A DNA stretch of 64,000 nt from Parcubacteria group bacterium Gr01-1014_31 (GTDB taxonomy: Bacteria > Patescibacteriota > Patescibacteriia > Buchananbacterales > GWA2-38-13), in contig VMFR01000006.1 of the NCBI GenBank assembly GCA_007376135.1, positions 3,273 through 67,272 on the forward strand, written 5' to 3'. The translations under genes were made by a program, and so were the position numbers. The notes beneath the pieces were generated by a model. The model worked only from the letters and a program-made list of their open reading frames with translations. It did no database searches and was not told where the DNA came from. Of this stretch, positions 19,701-31,700 are shown one piece after another (within the stretch, counting starts at the first letter, position 1; each line of letters starts with the position of its first letter).

Positions 19701-22700
19701 GCCGATACCAGTATCGAACGCGTAGGATTTGATCTCGCCGGAACGCTCGAACAGGGTCAGCGCCTTGACGTTGCCGCGCGGCGGATTGACGCAGTCAGCA
19801 GAACTGTTGCAGATGGCGCCATGGAAACGGCCGCCCACGCAGCGGGTGGGGTTGTTCAGCACGCGGCAATTGTCCATCGGCCGGTACGTTTCCTGGCCCG
19901 GGTCCCACCCCAACGGCGGCCACCCGGGGCGCTGGCAACTTTCGCCTTCATTATCCCGGCGGAATCCGACCGTGAAATCATCCACGTTCAGCGAGGCGTT
20001 GTTGCCGAAGATGACCGGGCTGGTGATGGCATTCTCCAAGGCCAGTTCAAAAGCGATGGGGTCGTTGGCCAACGAACGGTTAATCTCAAAGTTTGATCGA
20101 AGCGAATACCACCCATCACCTAGGTCCTGCACCCAAACAGGCTCCCGCAGCGGCAGCCGGAACCCGAGGCCATCGCCAAGGACCGGCCCGTCGGGCGGGT
20201 CTTGGCAACTGACCCGGTACTCCAGCCCGTGCAATGGGGCCTTGACCTGGAAGCGGGTGCAGGCGCGGATGGGACGGAATCGGAGGCGGCCCACCATCTG
20301 CGGGTCGGACGGCCTGACCCTTGCCTGCATGACGTACTTGACCGGATAATCCGGCGAGGTCTGCAGGAACTGCGGATTGCGCGCGCTGCGCAGCGCCAGG
20401 TACTGCCCGGGCGCGAGATTCTGGATAAGGATCTCGGCGCTGTGCACGCCGCGGTAGGCGCGGGCGTGGTTGTTGCTGGGGTGAAAATCGCTCAACCGCC
20501 GGTAGTCGGTCGCCTGCCGCAGGTGGGCGTCCGCGCCGGCGCTGGCGAACATCTGCCAGCCGTTCAGCCCGTCTTCAAAGCTGGAATTCCCGACGAGCTG
20601 GTCGGTGAGCTGGTCGTTGTCCGAGTCGATGCAGGAATCGCAGCGGTACCCGGTGCCGTCATTATCATAGTCCTCCTGGCCGGGGTTGAACCCCTGGCTC
20701 AACTGCGCGCCGGTGAGCTGGCAGTTGTCGCGTCGACAGGATTCCGCCGGTAACCCCGACCCCCAGCCGTCGCTGTCGGGGTCGGTGCACAGGTCGCACG
20801 CGTCGCCCCACTCGCGTCCGTTGGGCCACACCTGGCCGGCATGCACGTCCGGCGACTGCTGCTGGCAGAGCTCGGCCCGCACAACGCCGGCGCTGTCAAA
20901 ACACGTGTTAGGTGCGATGGTGCAATCGCGTCCGGCCTCACCCGGGCGTGCCGTGGCGATAACTCCGCCACCGATATCGACTTGCGCCACACAGTACCGT
21001 CGCTGCTGTGCGGCCGGCACTGCGAGCGCGCCATCGCTGTTCGTTTGCGACGGGTTGTAGACGGTCGGGCAGTTGTCCACCGCGTCGCATTGGCCGTCGC
21101 GATCCAGGTCCTGCGCGCAGTTGGTGTCGCAGGCGTCGCCGGTGTTGTCGCTGTCCGCATCGCGCTGATCGGGATTGGGCACGTCCGGGCAGTTGTCGGG
21201 GCGGTAGCCGTACTGCGGGTTATCCAGCCCGTTCTCGCACACCCCGTCGTGGTCCAGGTCGTTCTCCCCGGAATTCGGGCACGGGTCGCAGACATCGCCA
21301 AAGCCATCCACGGTGGACCAGATCTCAAGCTCGGAAAGCCGGTCGGTCGGGGGCGAGACATTGGGAATATCCGTGCCCGTCGTACGGTAGAGACGGACGT
21401 ACTGCGCGTACTGCTCGGGGAAATTATACATGACGCCCGGCGGGTCGCAGATCGGGTCGTTGGGCGGGTTGGTCGATGTCGGGCAGTTCACCCCGCGATG
21501 GTCCGTGAAGTTGCTGATCCGCTCCTGAACGCCGATGAAACGGCCGGCCACCGTGCCGGGCCAGTTGTTCTCGGTCGCGACCACCGTGAACTGGCCGGCG
21601 CTAAAGAAGGGGTCATTGCTCACCTGGACCTCAAAGCGCTGGAAGAAGGTGGTCGGCGTCCCGGGATTCGGGAACACCCGCACTTGGTTGAACCGCATCG
21701 CCCGCCCCAGGTTGATGCCAATGTATGCGTTCTGGGTATGCCCCGCCTGGTTCACGTTGGCCGGCGCCCAATAGGAGACATTGTCAAAGAAGTGGCCGGA
21801 ATTGACGTTATCCGAGGTAAACGAGAAGAACGGGCTGGAGATCGGTTCCTTGCCGCGCGCAATGTTGGTCGGGTTGATGTCCGAATCCATCTGCCAGCAG
21901 GTCCCGGCATTGCCGCACTCGCGATTGGTGCCCGACGGGCAAAGCGTGCCGTCCGGCTGCGCGCCGCCGAGACACTGGTACGGATTCGCATTATTGGGGC
22001 AATTATCCTGGTCATCGCGCACGCCGTCGCGGTCCGCGTCGCCTTCGCCCAGCGCCAGGAAATTGAAGCAGGCGTCGCCCATGCCCGAGACGCTTTCCGA
22101 ACCTTCACGCCAGCCGCCGCGCTCCTTGGGGAATTCCAGCCGCGTGTAGAGCCGGTACCCCTGCCCATTGCGCGTGCGGTCCACGCTGTAGCCGTAGACG
22201 TACGCCCGCAGCGGGCAGCCGAACCGCAGCCCCTGCTCATCCCAGCAGGTTTTGCTGTCGTATGGCGGAATGCAGCCGACAAACTGGTTGATGGGGTCGG
22301 TCGGGGGCACGCCGCCCAATTGCTGCGCGAACGTCTGCCCCCACGACGGCCAGACCGAGAAACTGTGGCCCGGCACGTAGGTGCCGCCCGTGAACTCGCG
22401 CCGCACCGCGTCCCACAGCGGGAAACCGCCGCGCTTCCGGGCCGATGCGCGCAGCGCCAATTGCAGGTCCTGGAGCTGACCGAACCGGATGGCGTCGCGG
22501 CGGATCTTGGACTGCGGATTCAGACAGGAATTATCCGCCTGACCCGGGCAATCCAGGTCATTAGCGCAAGCGACGTTGCTGCAGACGCCAGCCGTGCCGC
22601 AGGAATCCCCGACGCCCGGCTGGATGCACACACCGGCAGTGCCGGCGTCGCCATCGCCGTCACAGGGATTGCCGGCAGCGGCACAGCCGGCAAACACGTC

Positions 22701-25700
22701 TCCGGTATCGCTGCACCGCAACGCGCTACAGTTGCCGCCCGCCTCGCTGCAGGACATCGCCGCGCACGCGCCCACGGACACCAGGTCGGTATTGAACTTC
22801 CAGTTCCGCGACAGCTCGTCAAAAATGGACAGCGTCTGCTCGCCCGCGCCTTCGTTGTAGGACATCAGGTAAATATTGGCGAACAATTTTTGGGCCTGGC
22901 ACACGCCGCCCGCGCATGGGCCATTGTTGCCGACCGAACAGACCGCGCCGTTACTATCGCACGCGCTGTTGTCGCCAGCCGTCAAGGTGACCAAATTGGT
23001 CGCGCCCACATATACCGTGCGACCGTCGCGGATCGCGGAGTACCCGTCCACCAAGGTAGACTGGGGCGACTTGCCGCGGTTGGGCACATTGTAGACGCAG
23101 CGGCCCGTGACACAGTCGGCATCGCCGAAACACAGCCCATTGAGGGACGCGATATCCTCGGGTTCCGAGCAGGTACCGCTGCCGTCGGCGCAGGTCGCGC
23201 CGAGCGTCCGGCCGGCACAATCGACGACACTCAAGTTGTCGCTGCAGCGGAACGACGCGTTGGAGCAAATACCGCTCGCGTACCAGGTGCCGGGCGACAC
23301 GCGCCAGGGGTTGGCAAGTACCTGCACGCCGATGACGTCATGCTTGATATTCGCCTTGCCGAACCCGATACGGCAGACGGCGATGGTCTCATTCCCGTTC
23401 TGCGTGGCGTCATCGTTCTCATAGCGAAACGCGACCAGCAACGGCCGCCCGGCATCGACGTCGCTGCGCGCCTGACCAAGGTCAAAGGTAACGATCTGCC
23501 GGCTGGAGAGCTCCAGCGACGGGAGGATACGCGCCTGTTCCGGCGCGTCCACCGCGCCATCGCGGTCATGATCAATCGCGATGGAGATCGCGCTGGCGGG
23601 CTCGAAGTCCGGGTCGTTGTTCACCACCTCGAAAGCAACCTGGTAGTGCCCGGTTTCCGGGACGTTCAACGCATAGGCCAGCTGCACGACCGCGCCGGTA
23701 TTGCCCATCATGCACTGTGTATCGCCGGCCGATCCGGTCCTCGCCATCAAGGTGGTCAAAAAATTGTTGGACCCCGCCACCTGCATGTCCGTACCCTGGA
23801 TGATCTGCACCGCCGGCGTCTCCTGGAAATAATTCAAAGGGAAGAGGAACTGCTTGGGCAGGCTGGACGCGCGCACGGTCGGCGGCGCCTGCACCGGCGG
23901 CAGGTCGTCGTTAGCCGACGGCGTGCGGTTCAAGTCGCGGCAGTAGAAGAGCTCAAAATTGGTGTAGGGGGCTTTGTTGTCCGTTGCTCCCGCGCCGATG
24001 GGAAACACTGACGTATCCTTCCACGGGAACACCCATGGATCTGGCCAGGGGTTGGCGCAGACGAAATTCGTGATATCCACCAGCTGCTCGGCACGGCCTT
24101 GTGTAGCGCCCGAACCGGTCGCGACGACTGCCACGCGTGCCTCGCCATTCACGAACGTGTTGGTGGTAATGAGCGTGGAATCATCCAGCGCGGTCGCGGT
24201 GGTGCACCCCGCAACCACGGAACACGACAGATTGACGGCGCCGTTCACGTCGTAGGCCTCGCGCCACTGATAGGTGACGGATGCCGCCGGCTGGCCCGCG
24301 CTGCGGTCATAGCACTCCGCGTCATAGGCGTGCTGATTGCCGGTAACTGCGAGGTCTAAATCCCCCTGGCAGGTATTGCCGGCGCAAGCGAACTGGTCCT
24401 GGAAACCGTAGACTCCTTTGGGCATCAGCCAAGCGCGCACCGCGTCGCACCGGCACTGCCGCGCGCCCCGCGCAATGGAGAAGTCCCAATGCACGTCGCC
24501 GCCGATACCGCCGTTCAAAGGCAGCCCGGAAACGCCGACGATCCGGTCGGCCCCGACCTTCAGCACCATATGGTAACGGAGGTCGGCCGTATCGCTGGTA
24601 GGCAAATTGGTCGGCCGCACCACGCTCAAGCGCTCGGAGATGGGGTTGTAGGCCAATTCTTGAATAAGGTTTTCGTCCGGCATGCAGCCGCCGCCGTCGG
24701 TGTAGTCCGTATCGCTGCACAGCAGCACGTTGTCGTAGAAACCGGTGCCGTCGCGGCGCAGGAGCGACTCGCGGTCCATCGGCCCGTCAAAGGTGACCGA
24801 TATCTGCGGGCTGGAACAGTTGACGACCCCCGCATCCGTACAAGCGTCCGCGGTGCCGGTGGGCGTGCAGCGGTCCACTTGCGGAGCGCCGGCCAACGAC
24901 GCGCCGGAAATGCACTGGGCCGCCACCGCCTGATAGCGCGCTTCTATCTCCTGCGCGTCCATCACCCCTTGGCCGAGCTCAAGTTCATCGATATCGGCGC
25001 GGGCGTCGGTCGCTGCCATAATAAAGTCATTCCCAACGCGCAGACGGGTCGTCCCATCCACCACGATCGGCGCGACGGCTCCGCGGGCAACCACCGGGGG
25101 CTGGCCGTCAAGGCTCATGCCGACGACGACATCGGCGCCCTGGATCTCCCACGAGGCAACCACCAGGTGCCATTCATCGCCGACAGTGGCGAACTGCGCG
25201 CCGTTCATCGCTACCTGGATACCACCGTAGTTGATCCTGACGGTTGAAAACCCCCCAACCGAGGTGAAGATGATATTGAAAAGATCGTTCGTGGTCGCCA
25301 ACAATGTCCGGCTCGTGGCCAGCGACTCCCGTGACCGCAACCAGAGCGAAACGGTACCTTGCCGCGGATCGAACAAACCGGCTGCCGGGTACTCGAGCAG
25401 GTCGGTGTCAGCATCAAAAGTAACCGCCTGTCCCAGCCGCGCCGTGCCGCCGTCGGTCAAACCATTGTTGTACGTCAGGCCGACCTGCGTCGACGGTTCC
25501 AGAGTGCGGCCGTTGCCCAGGTCCAGCCTCGGCACGCCGTCAAAATGGCCGATTACCGTGGTGTCCACGCCGGGCTGCAGCGGGTAGATGTTGTAGCGCG
25601 TGCCGGAACGGTACGGCAGCTGGCACAGATTGCCGACCGCGAACCGCGCCAGACCCGACACCCCGTCGGGAGGATAGAACGCTTCAATATCCGCTTGCCG

Positions 25701-28700
25701 TGCGCCGACAAACGGCGTCCATTGAGCGACCGCGGTCACCGTCAACTGCCGGTTATTCGCGCCGGCAGCCCCCGGAGCGCCGGCAATCGCCGGGTCGCTG
25801 GTGATCTGCCGCCACTCCCACCGGTAATTGACCGTGGGTATCAACTGCGCCCGCTGCGCCGGGTCAATATCCATCCAGAAGGTGCCGGTACGGGTGACTG
25901 CCGCATCGCTGAAGCTCATCCAAATCCCGCAACCCAGAACGACCGTCCCCGCGCTGTCCATCCGCGCCGCGGGCAAAAAGCCGCCGGGCAAAGACACGCG
26001 GGTGGCGGCCGCGCAGTCGTTGGCCGAGTTGGCGGAGATGGCGTAGTTCACGCCATCGGTGCTCGCTGGACAGATGAAGACGTTCGCGCTGCACCCCAAC
26101 ACTCCCCCAAGGGTTGGGGTTCCCACCCCAGCGCCGATACGCGTGACCGCCCCACCCACCACCGTTGCGGAACGCAACGGTCCCACAAGCGACGCATTGT
26201 AAACCTGCGAGTCGCTGGGCCGGACCTGGGCGAACGCCGGGTCCACTTCCACGTCGGTCGCGCGGCACACCTGCGTGCCAGTCCGGAACGTCCACCTGCA
26301 CTCGCCGGGTCGGCAGACCAACGGCCGCGGCGTGGCGCTCGTATCAAAGATAGCTGCGGCATTCGTTTCAAGATCAACTTCGTAGGTCGCGTTCTGCGCC
26401 CAGCGCGACCCGTTCGGCGTAATAGTTACCGCGTTCCCATTGACGAGGATTTGGGTCGCCGGTGTCGTGATGCCGTACGCCCCGCCGTTCTCCGCAAGCC
26501 GAACCTGTGCCCGCACGGTTGCGATATCCGGCGGAGCGCTGAAATGAACTACAATGGCTTCGTTCAAACACGCCTCGGTTGACCCTTCCGGCTGTTTGGA
26601 GGTGATGCGGAAAGGCCCGCCCGCGCCGCCCGTACCATCCGTCGGCACGATGAACGTGCCGCGGCCGACCACCGTGCCGTCGGCAGCCGTAATATTCGCA
26701 GTCCCGACCCCAATAGCTTCTACCAACTGGTGTGGGCTGGTGATAGTGCTCGCCGTCCCCGTCAGCAAACAGCTGTTGGTACACCCGTCGGTGTTATCGC
26801 CGCCGTATTCGCCGGTATCGCACTCTTCCCCGGATTCAATGTTGCGATTACCACAGACCGAGATGGGCGCCGCTTGCGCGTTGCCGGCAATGCCGGTGGT
26901 TGTACAATTTGTGGCACAATTCCCCACCGCCGCGCCCCGCGGCCGCCGGTTGTTGGCAAAATCGCTAGACGCACAGGACCCATACCAGATGGGCGCCATG
27001 CCTGCACCCGCCCCGCACACCTCACAGGCCTCGCCTGGCCCAACGATTCCGTCGCCGCAGACCGAACGGCCAAATCGCGGTCCTTCCAGTTGGCAATTAA
27101 CGCCGCAACCGTCGCCGGACAGCAGGTTGCCATCATCACATTGCTCCTCGCCGTTCTCGGGGATACCATCACCGTCATTTTCCACGATGCCATTACCACA
27201 CGCCCACGAAGCTACGCTCCCCGGTCGCACGGTATTGCCGGTATCGGTATCGGGGTTAATCTGGCAGGACGCGTCGCAGTTGTCGGTCGCAACGTCCGGC
27301 CCGTTGTCGCATTCCTCCCCCGTTTCCATCACCGCGTTGCCGCAGCCGTTCGTGCCGCCTGCCGGCCCAAGGATTGCCGCAACACCTGCGGCGGACGACG
27401 CCCATAGCCAATCAATGCTGAACGGGTCCAGACGCTGGCCGAGCGGGTCGCAGGCATCCGGGGTCTTTCTGGGGATGGCCGTGTACGGCACCCGCTGGGG
27501 TGGATACGCCGTCACGGTCGGCGGCGACACATCCACCTTGCTCACCGCGCAGAGCGAAAAATTCTCCTGCACCTTGAACACCCAGGAGTAAGAATCCAGG
27601 GTGCCGTTGTTATCAGCGTCAAAATTCAGTTTGCCCAGGCCCTTGCCCTCGGTGCTGGCAAGCCCCGTATCCGCGCCTGCTGCGTCGGTATCCGAATCCA
27701 ACACCACGCGGTAATACACGCCGGGGATGAGACGGCCGCCATTGTGGGCGTTGACGGGGCTGAATGTGGCAATCGTGCCGCCGCCGGACACCGTCACGCC
27801 CGTCAGACTCACTAAATTATCCGGATTCGGCACACAGATATAATCAAGCCCGCAAACGTACAGCCGCGTGTGATTAGTGTTGGAAAGCCGGTTGGCGTCC
27901 GCAGCATCATTTTCCATCGGCAGGGAGAACTCCACGCCTAGTTGCGCATTGGGACACGCCGACTGACAGTCCGGCCATTTGCGCAGCACCACCGGGGTAG
28001 CCAGGTCAACGGAAATTCTACATATACCGACTTCTGTCGTCTGCGCAGGAATGGTCACGGAAACATTCGTGCCTGAAGTTTGGCCTTGGGCAGTCGCCGT
28101 CTCGCGCTCGGTGGTGCTGCCGCCGATACTGACGCGCGCGGCGTCGGCGGTTGCCCATAACCACGTTGATGTTCGCAAATCCAATAACATGCAGGCGTTC
28201 TCGCTCGACCATGCCTCACCGGTCAAGGGCTGCGTATCGCCGCGACTGTAAAGAGCCGCCTGTTCCGGACTGCAGCCGACGCACCCAACCTGACCGGGAG
28301 CGATGTTGTTACGAGTCCGGAATACCCAGACGAAATTGCCCGTGCTCGGGTCGGTATTGGCCAACTGCTCCCCGCTGGGCGACCTGATATCCTTAGTCAA
28401 CGTAACCCGATACCAATGATCTTCCTGGAGCGGCTGTCCTGGGGCAAATGGCGTGAGTGTCACATTGATCCGATGAGCGCGAACACCATGGTAGACCCAC
28501 TCCACCAACGGTGTAACGGCGCTGGCATGATTGGTGGTGGCATCACAAGTTGCTGGATCGAAAGTTGCCCCGGTACCACAAAGTTCGACTTTGACGGTTG
28601 ACAAGGTCACCGTCGAGGGATCGAGCAAGCGATCGATACTGGCCGAGATCAGCGCATTGACCGGGACCTCGCTGCCCGGCGGCGGCGTCGGGCTGGAGTA

Positions 28701-31700
28701 GCCGCCCACAGAGCAATCCAGCGTCCGGGTACATTGCTGGATCACCCGCGGGCCGACCTTACCGGTAATGAAATGCCACCGATAGGAGCTTTGCATGGTC
28801 ACGCCGCCGCAGGAACCGGCGGGCGCGCACGACCCACTGTACGGTCCCACCGCGCAGCATTCTTGCCCACCCGTGCAGGCTTCCTGGCCGCGGCAGTCGC
28901 CGACCGAAAACAGCAGCGGGTTGCTATTCACAGGACCCGGATTTTGCACCCGCACGTCGCCGGTCACCGCGCCACCAGGGACGGTTGCCGTTAATTGATC
29001 GGCGTTGCTGGGATCACCCGATAATGAAACCGATGAAGGCGGCGCGATTACCGTTCCTGCTGATGCAGTGAATACCACTTGAGAGTCCGCAGGTGGATTT
29101 TTTACGAACCGCTCGCCGTAAATCGTAATGCGCGCCGTGCCCGCCGGCCCGTTGTCCGGCTGCAGTTTGCAAATCCCAGGGCCCGCAGTGCCGCCGACCG
29201 TCAGGTCGTCAAGAGCCGGACCGTTGGTGTCGGCGCTCGTATCGCGCAAACCCGCATCGGTCACCACTTCAATGGGGCCGGTGACCGCGCCGGTCGGCAC
29301 CTTCACCAGGATTCTGCTGTCGCTCCAGATGTCCGAGCCGCACTGCGATGGGAAGGTGAAATTACCGTTCCGCTTGGCTGCCTCCGTACACCCGGCATCA
29401 CCGCAGAATTTTACCGTCCCGCTCCCCTGCCGCCCGCCAAAGTTGGCGCCGATGATGGTGAGGTAGTCTTCGATTGCCGCATTGTGCGGAGCAGCATTCG
29501 GCCCGCTGAATTCCAAAATAACAGGGTGGTCGGCGCCGGGCTGCACACGAAAACCAAGATTGTTGCTGGGCTGCGAGCCGTCCACTTCCAGCCACACCCG
29601 CACAAGGCCTGGCACCAAGCTCGGCACCACGCCACTGTTGACTTCGGTATTGTTCCAGACCGACGGTACGCCGAACGCTGCCAAGTGGCCGCCAAACAGG
29701 ATGCGGTCATTGGTTGCATCGGCGTCCGTGCGCAGTAGCCGGATACCGTGAATATGCACGGGGTCCTTGAATTCGCCGGACGTCGGGTCAAGCCGACAGA
29801 TGCCGGGCAAGACCGCAGCTGGGTTTACATCAAAATCCGGGATGGCACGCTCGGTGCTCCGCGGCGCGTTGTTTGTAATATCCTGCTGGCCGTCGCCGGT
29901 GGTGACGCGAATCGGACCGTCCACCGCTCCGGCCGGCACCACTACAATGATCTCCGTATCCGTCCACGTGTTACCACAGGCCGCATTCACCGAGCCGGCA
30001 AGCCCTGCCACCACCCATCCGCCGCCATTTGAAAATTCAACCACGCTGCTGCCTGCAACGTAGGCGCCAAAATTGCGGCCGATGATGGTTACGAGGTTGC
30101 CAACCGCGCCGAACGGCTGGTCATCGTTGTACTGGTCGCCGTCGGGGTCCACGGGCGTGCCGTCGTTGTCCGTCTGCACGTCGTTGGCCGGGCTGACATA
30201 GTCAATGAACGGCGGTTCCACACACAGACAGCTGGTCGTGCTGCAACCGAATGCACACACGCTGTCGTTGGGTTGACACGCGGGTGTCGCAGTGTCGATG
30301 TCGCACGCTACGCCGGAACACGCGCCGCACTCTGATCCGCCGCAGTCCACCCCAAGCTCACCGGCAGCGGCATCTTGGACGCCGTTGCAGCAATGCCCTG
30401 GCCGCACCTGGTAGGTGCGCTCGCTGCGCGCCTTGTGGTCGTCAAAATCAAAGGCCTCGGCGCGCACCCGCAGCGATCCGAGCGGATAACCCGTCAAATC
30501 CACCGCGATGTCGGCAGTACCCGCGGCCTCGCTGCCTGCGGGCGTATCGTAGTCCGGCCAAACGATGGCGGGGTTGGTCAGGTTATCGAACGCGACCAGG
30601 TCCACGCCGGAATCGGGGTCGGAATAACTGGCGCGCAAATGCTGGCCCACATCGGCGCAAATGTTACCGGGCAGCAGGTTCACTGATGGGGCCTGGAGGT
30701 CAACGATATCGTTGGTCTTAAAGAACCAGACGCACTGGGAGCGGCAGAAACCGCCCGTACCGCAAGCAGCGCCCAGCGCCCCGCAAACTCCTGCCGGGTC
30801 GCTGCAAAATACCGCCGGGTCGCAGCTCACTGCCTGCCCGCCACACTGCAGCGGCGGCTGCACCGTCACCTTGTATTTCCGGTCGGACCGGAAACACTTC
30901 GCGCCGGTACCGGGACAAAAGGAATCGTCGAGCGGCTTGAACTCAGCACGACGGCCATTCGTAGTGATGGTTCCCGGCACCGAATTACCCCCGCAGGTTC
31001 CCAAACACTCGCCGGACAAACAAGCGAAGTCTGACAGGCAGACATCGCCATTACTGCCGGTAGCACCCGGTTCCTCCAGTTGCACCAAAAAATTCGTCTG
31101 CAGGTCTGCGCCCTGCACCGGGCCTTGGTTAAAATTCACCCGCACCACCGAGTTTTTCACGCGGTTATCACGGTCGGGGCTGACTGTATTAATACGGCAC
31201 GCAAGCGTGGTTCCACCTGGCCCCGGACCCGGTCCTGGCCCCGGACCACCGCCGCCGGCAACCGGCCCCGTCGCGGAGACCAGCGAACGGATGACGAAAC
31301 TGACAATGGCAAACGCGCCAAAAATGAGGAACAGCCCGATGACGGCTTCCACCAGGATACGTTTGGCTCGGTCCACCTTCTGCGGGTCGCCAGCTGCCGT
31401 CATCCACAACCACCCGGCGTAGATGATGATGAGTACGGCCACGACTCCCAGGAACCCGAACAGGACCTGGATGATGCGCATGATGGTCACGCGCAAATCC
31501 TGCGTACCCCACCCCACGATTGTCCCGAATCCCAGCCCTTCGTTCACCGACGCACCCAGCTGCGCGAAAGCGGGAGCGGCGACGGCAAGTCCGCCCGCCA
31601 GCGTCAGGGCGGCAGCCAGGGTCAGGTATTTTGTGGAACGGGATGGCTTCAGATATCGCGGTATCAAGTATGAAGTATCAGGTATCAAGGAAACCGTGTC

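Noticed and set aside
20841-24011. 1,056-aa plus-strand ORF, and many other 100-400-aa plus-strand ORFs such as 15024..15863, 17238..18122, 25359..26582 and 26554..27591, inside the giant gene
   Set aside because: They are antisense to a sense frame that carries recognisable domains throughout. Their composition is Arg/Ala/Gly/Pro-rich, typical of stop-poor antisense frames in 65% GC DNA, and there are no family signatures.
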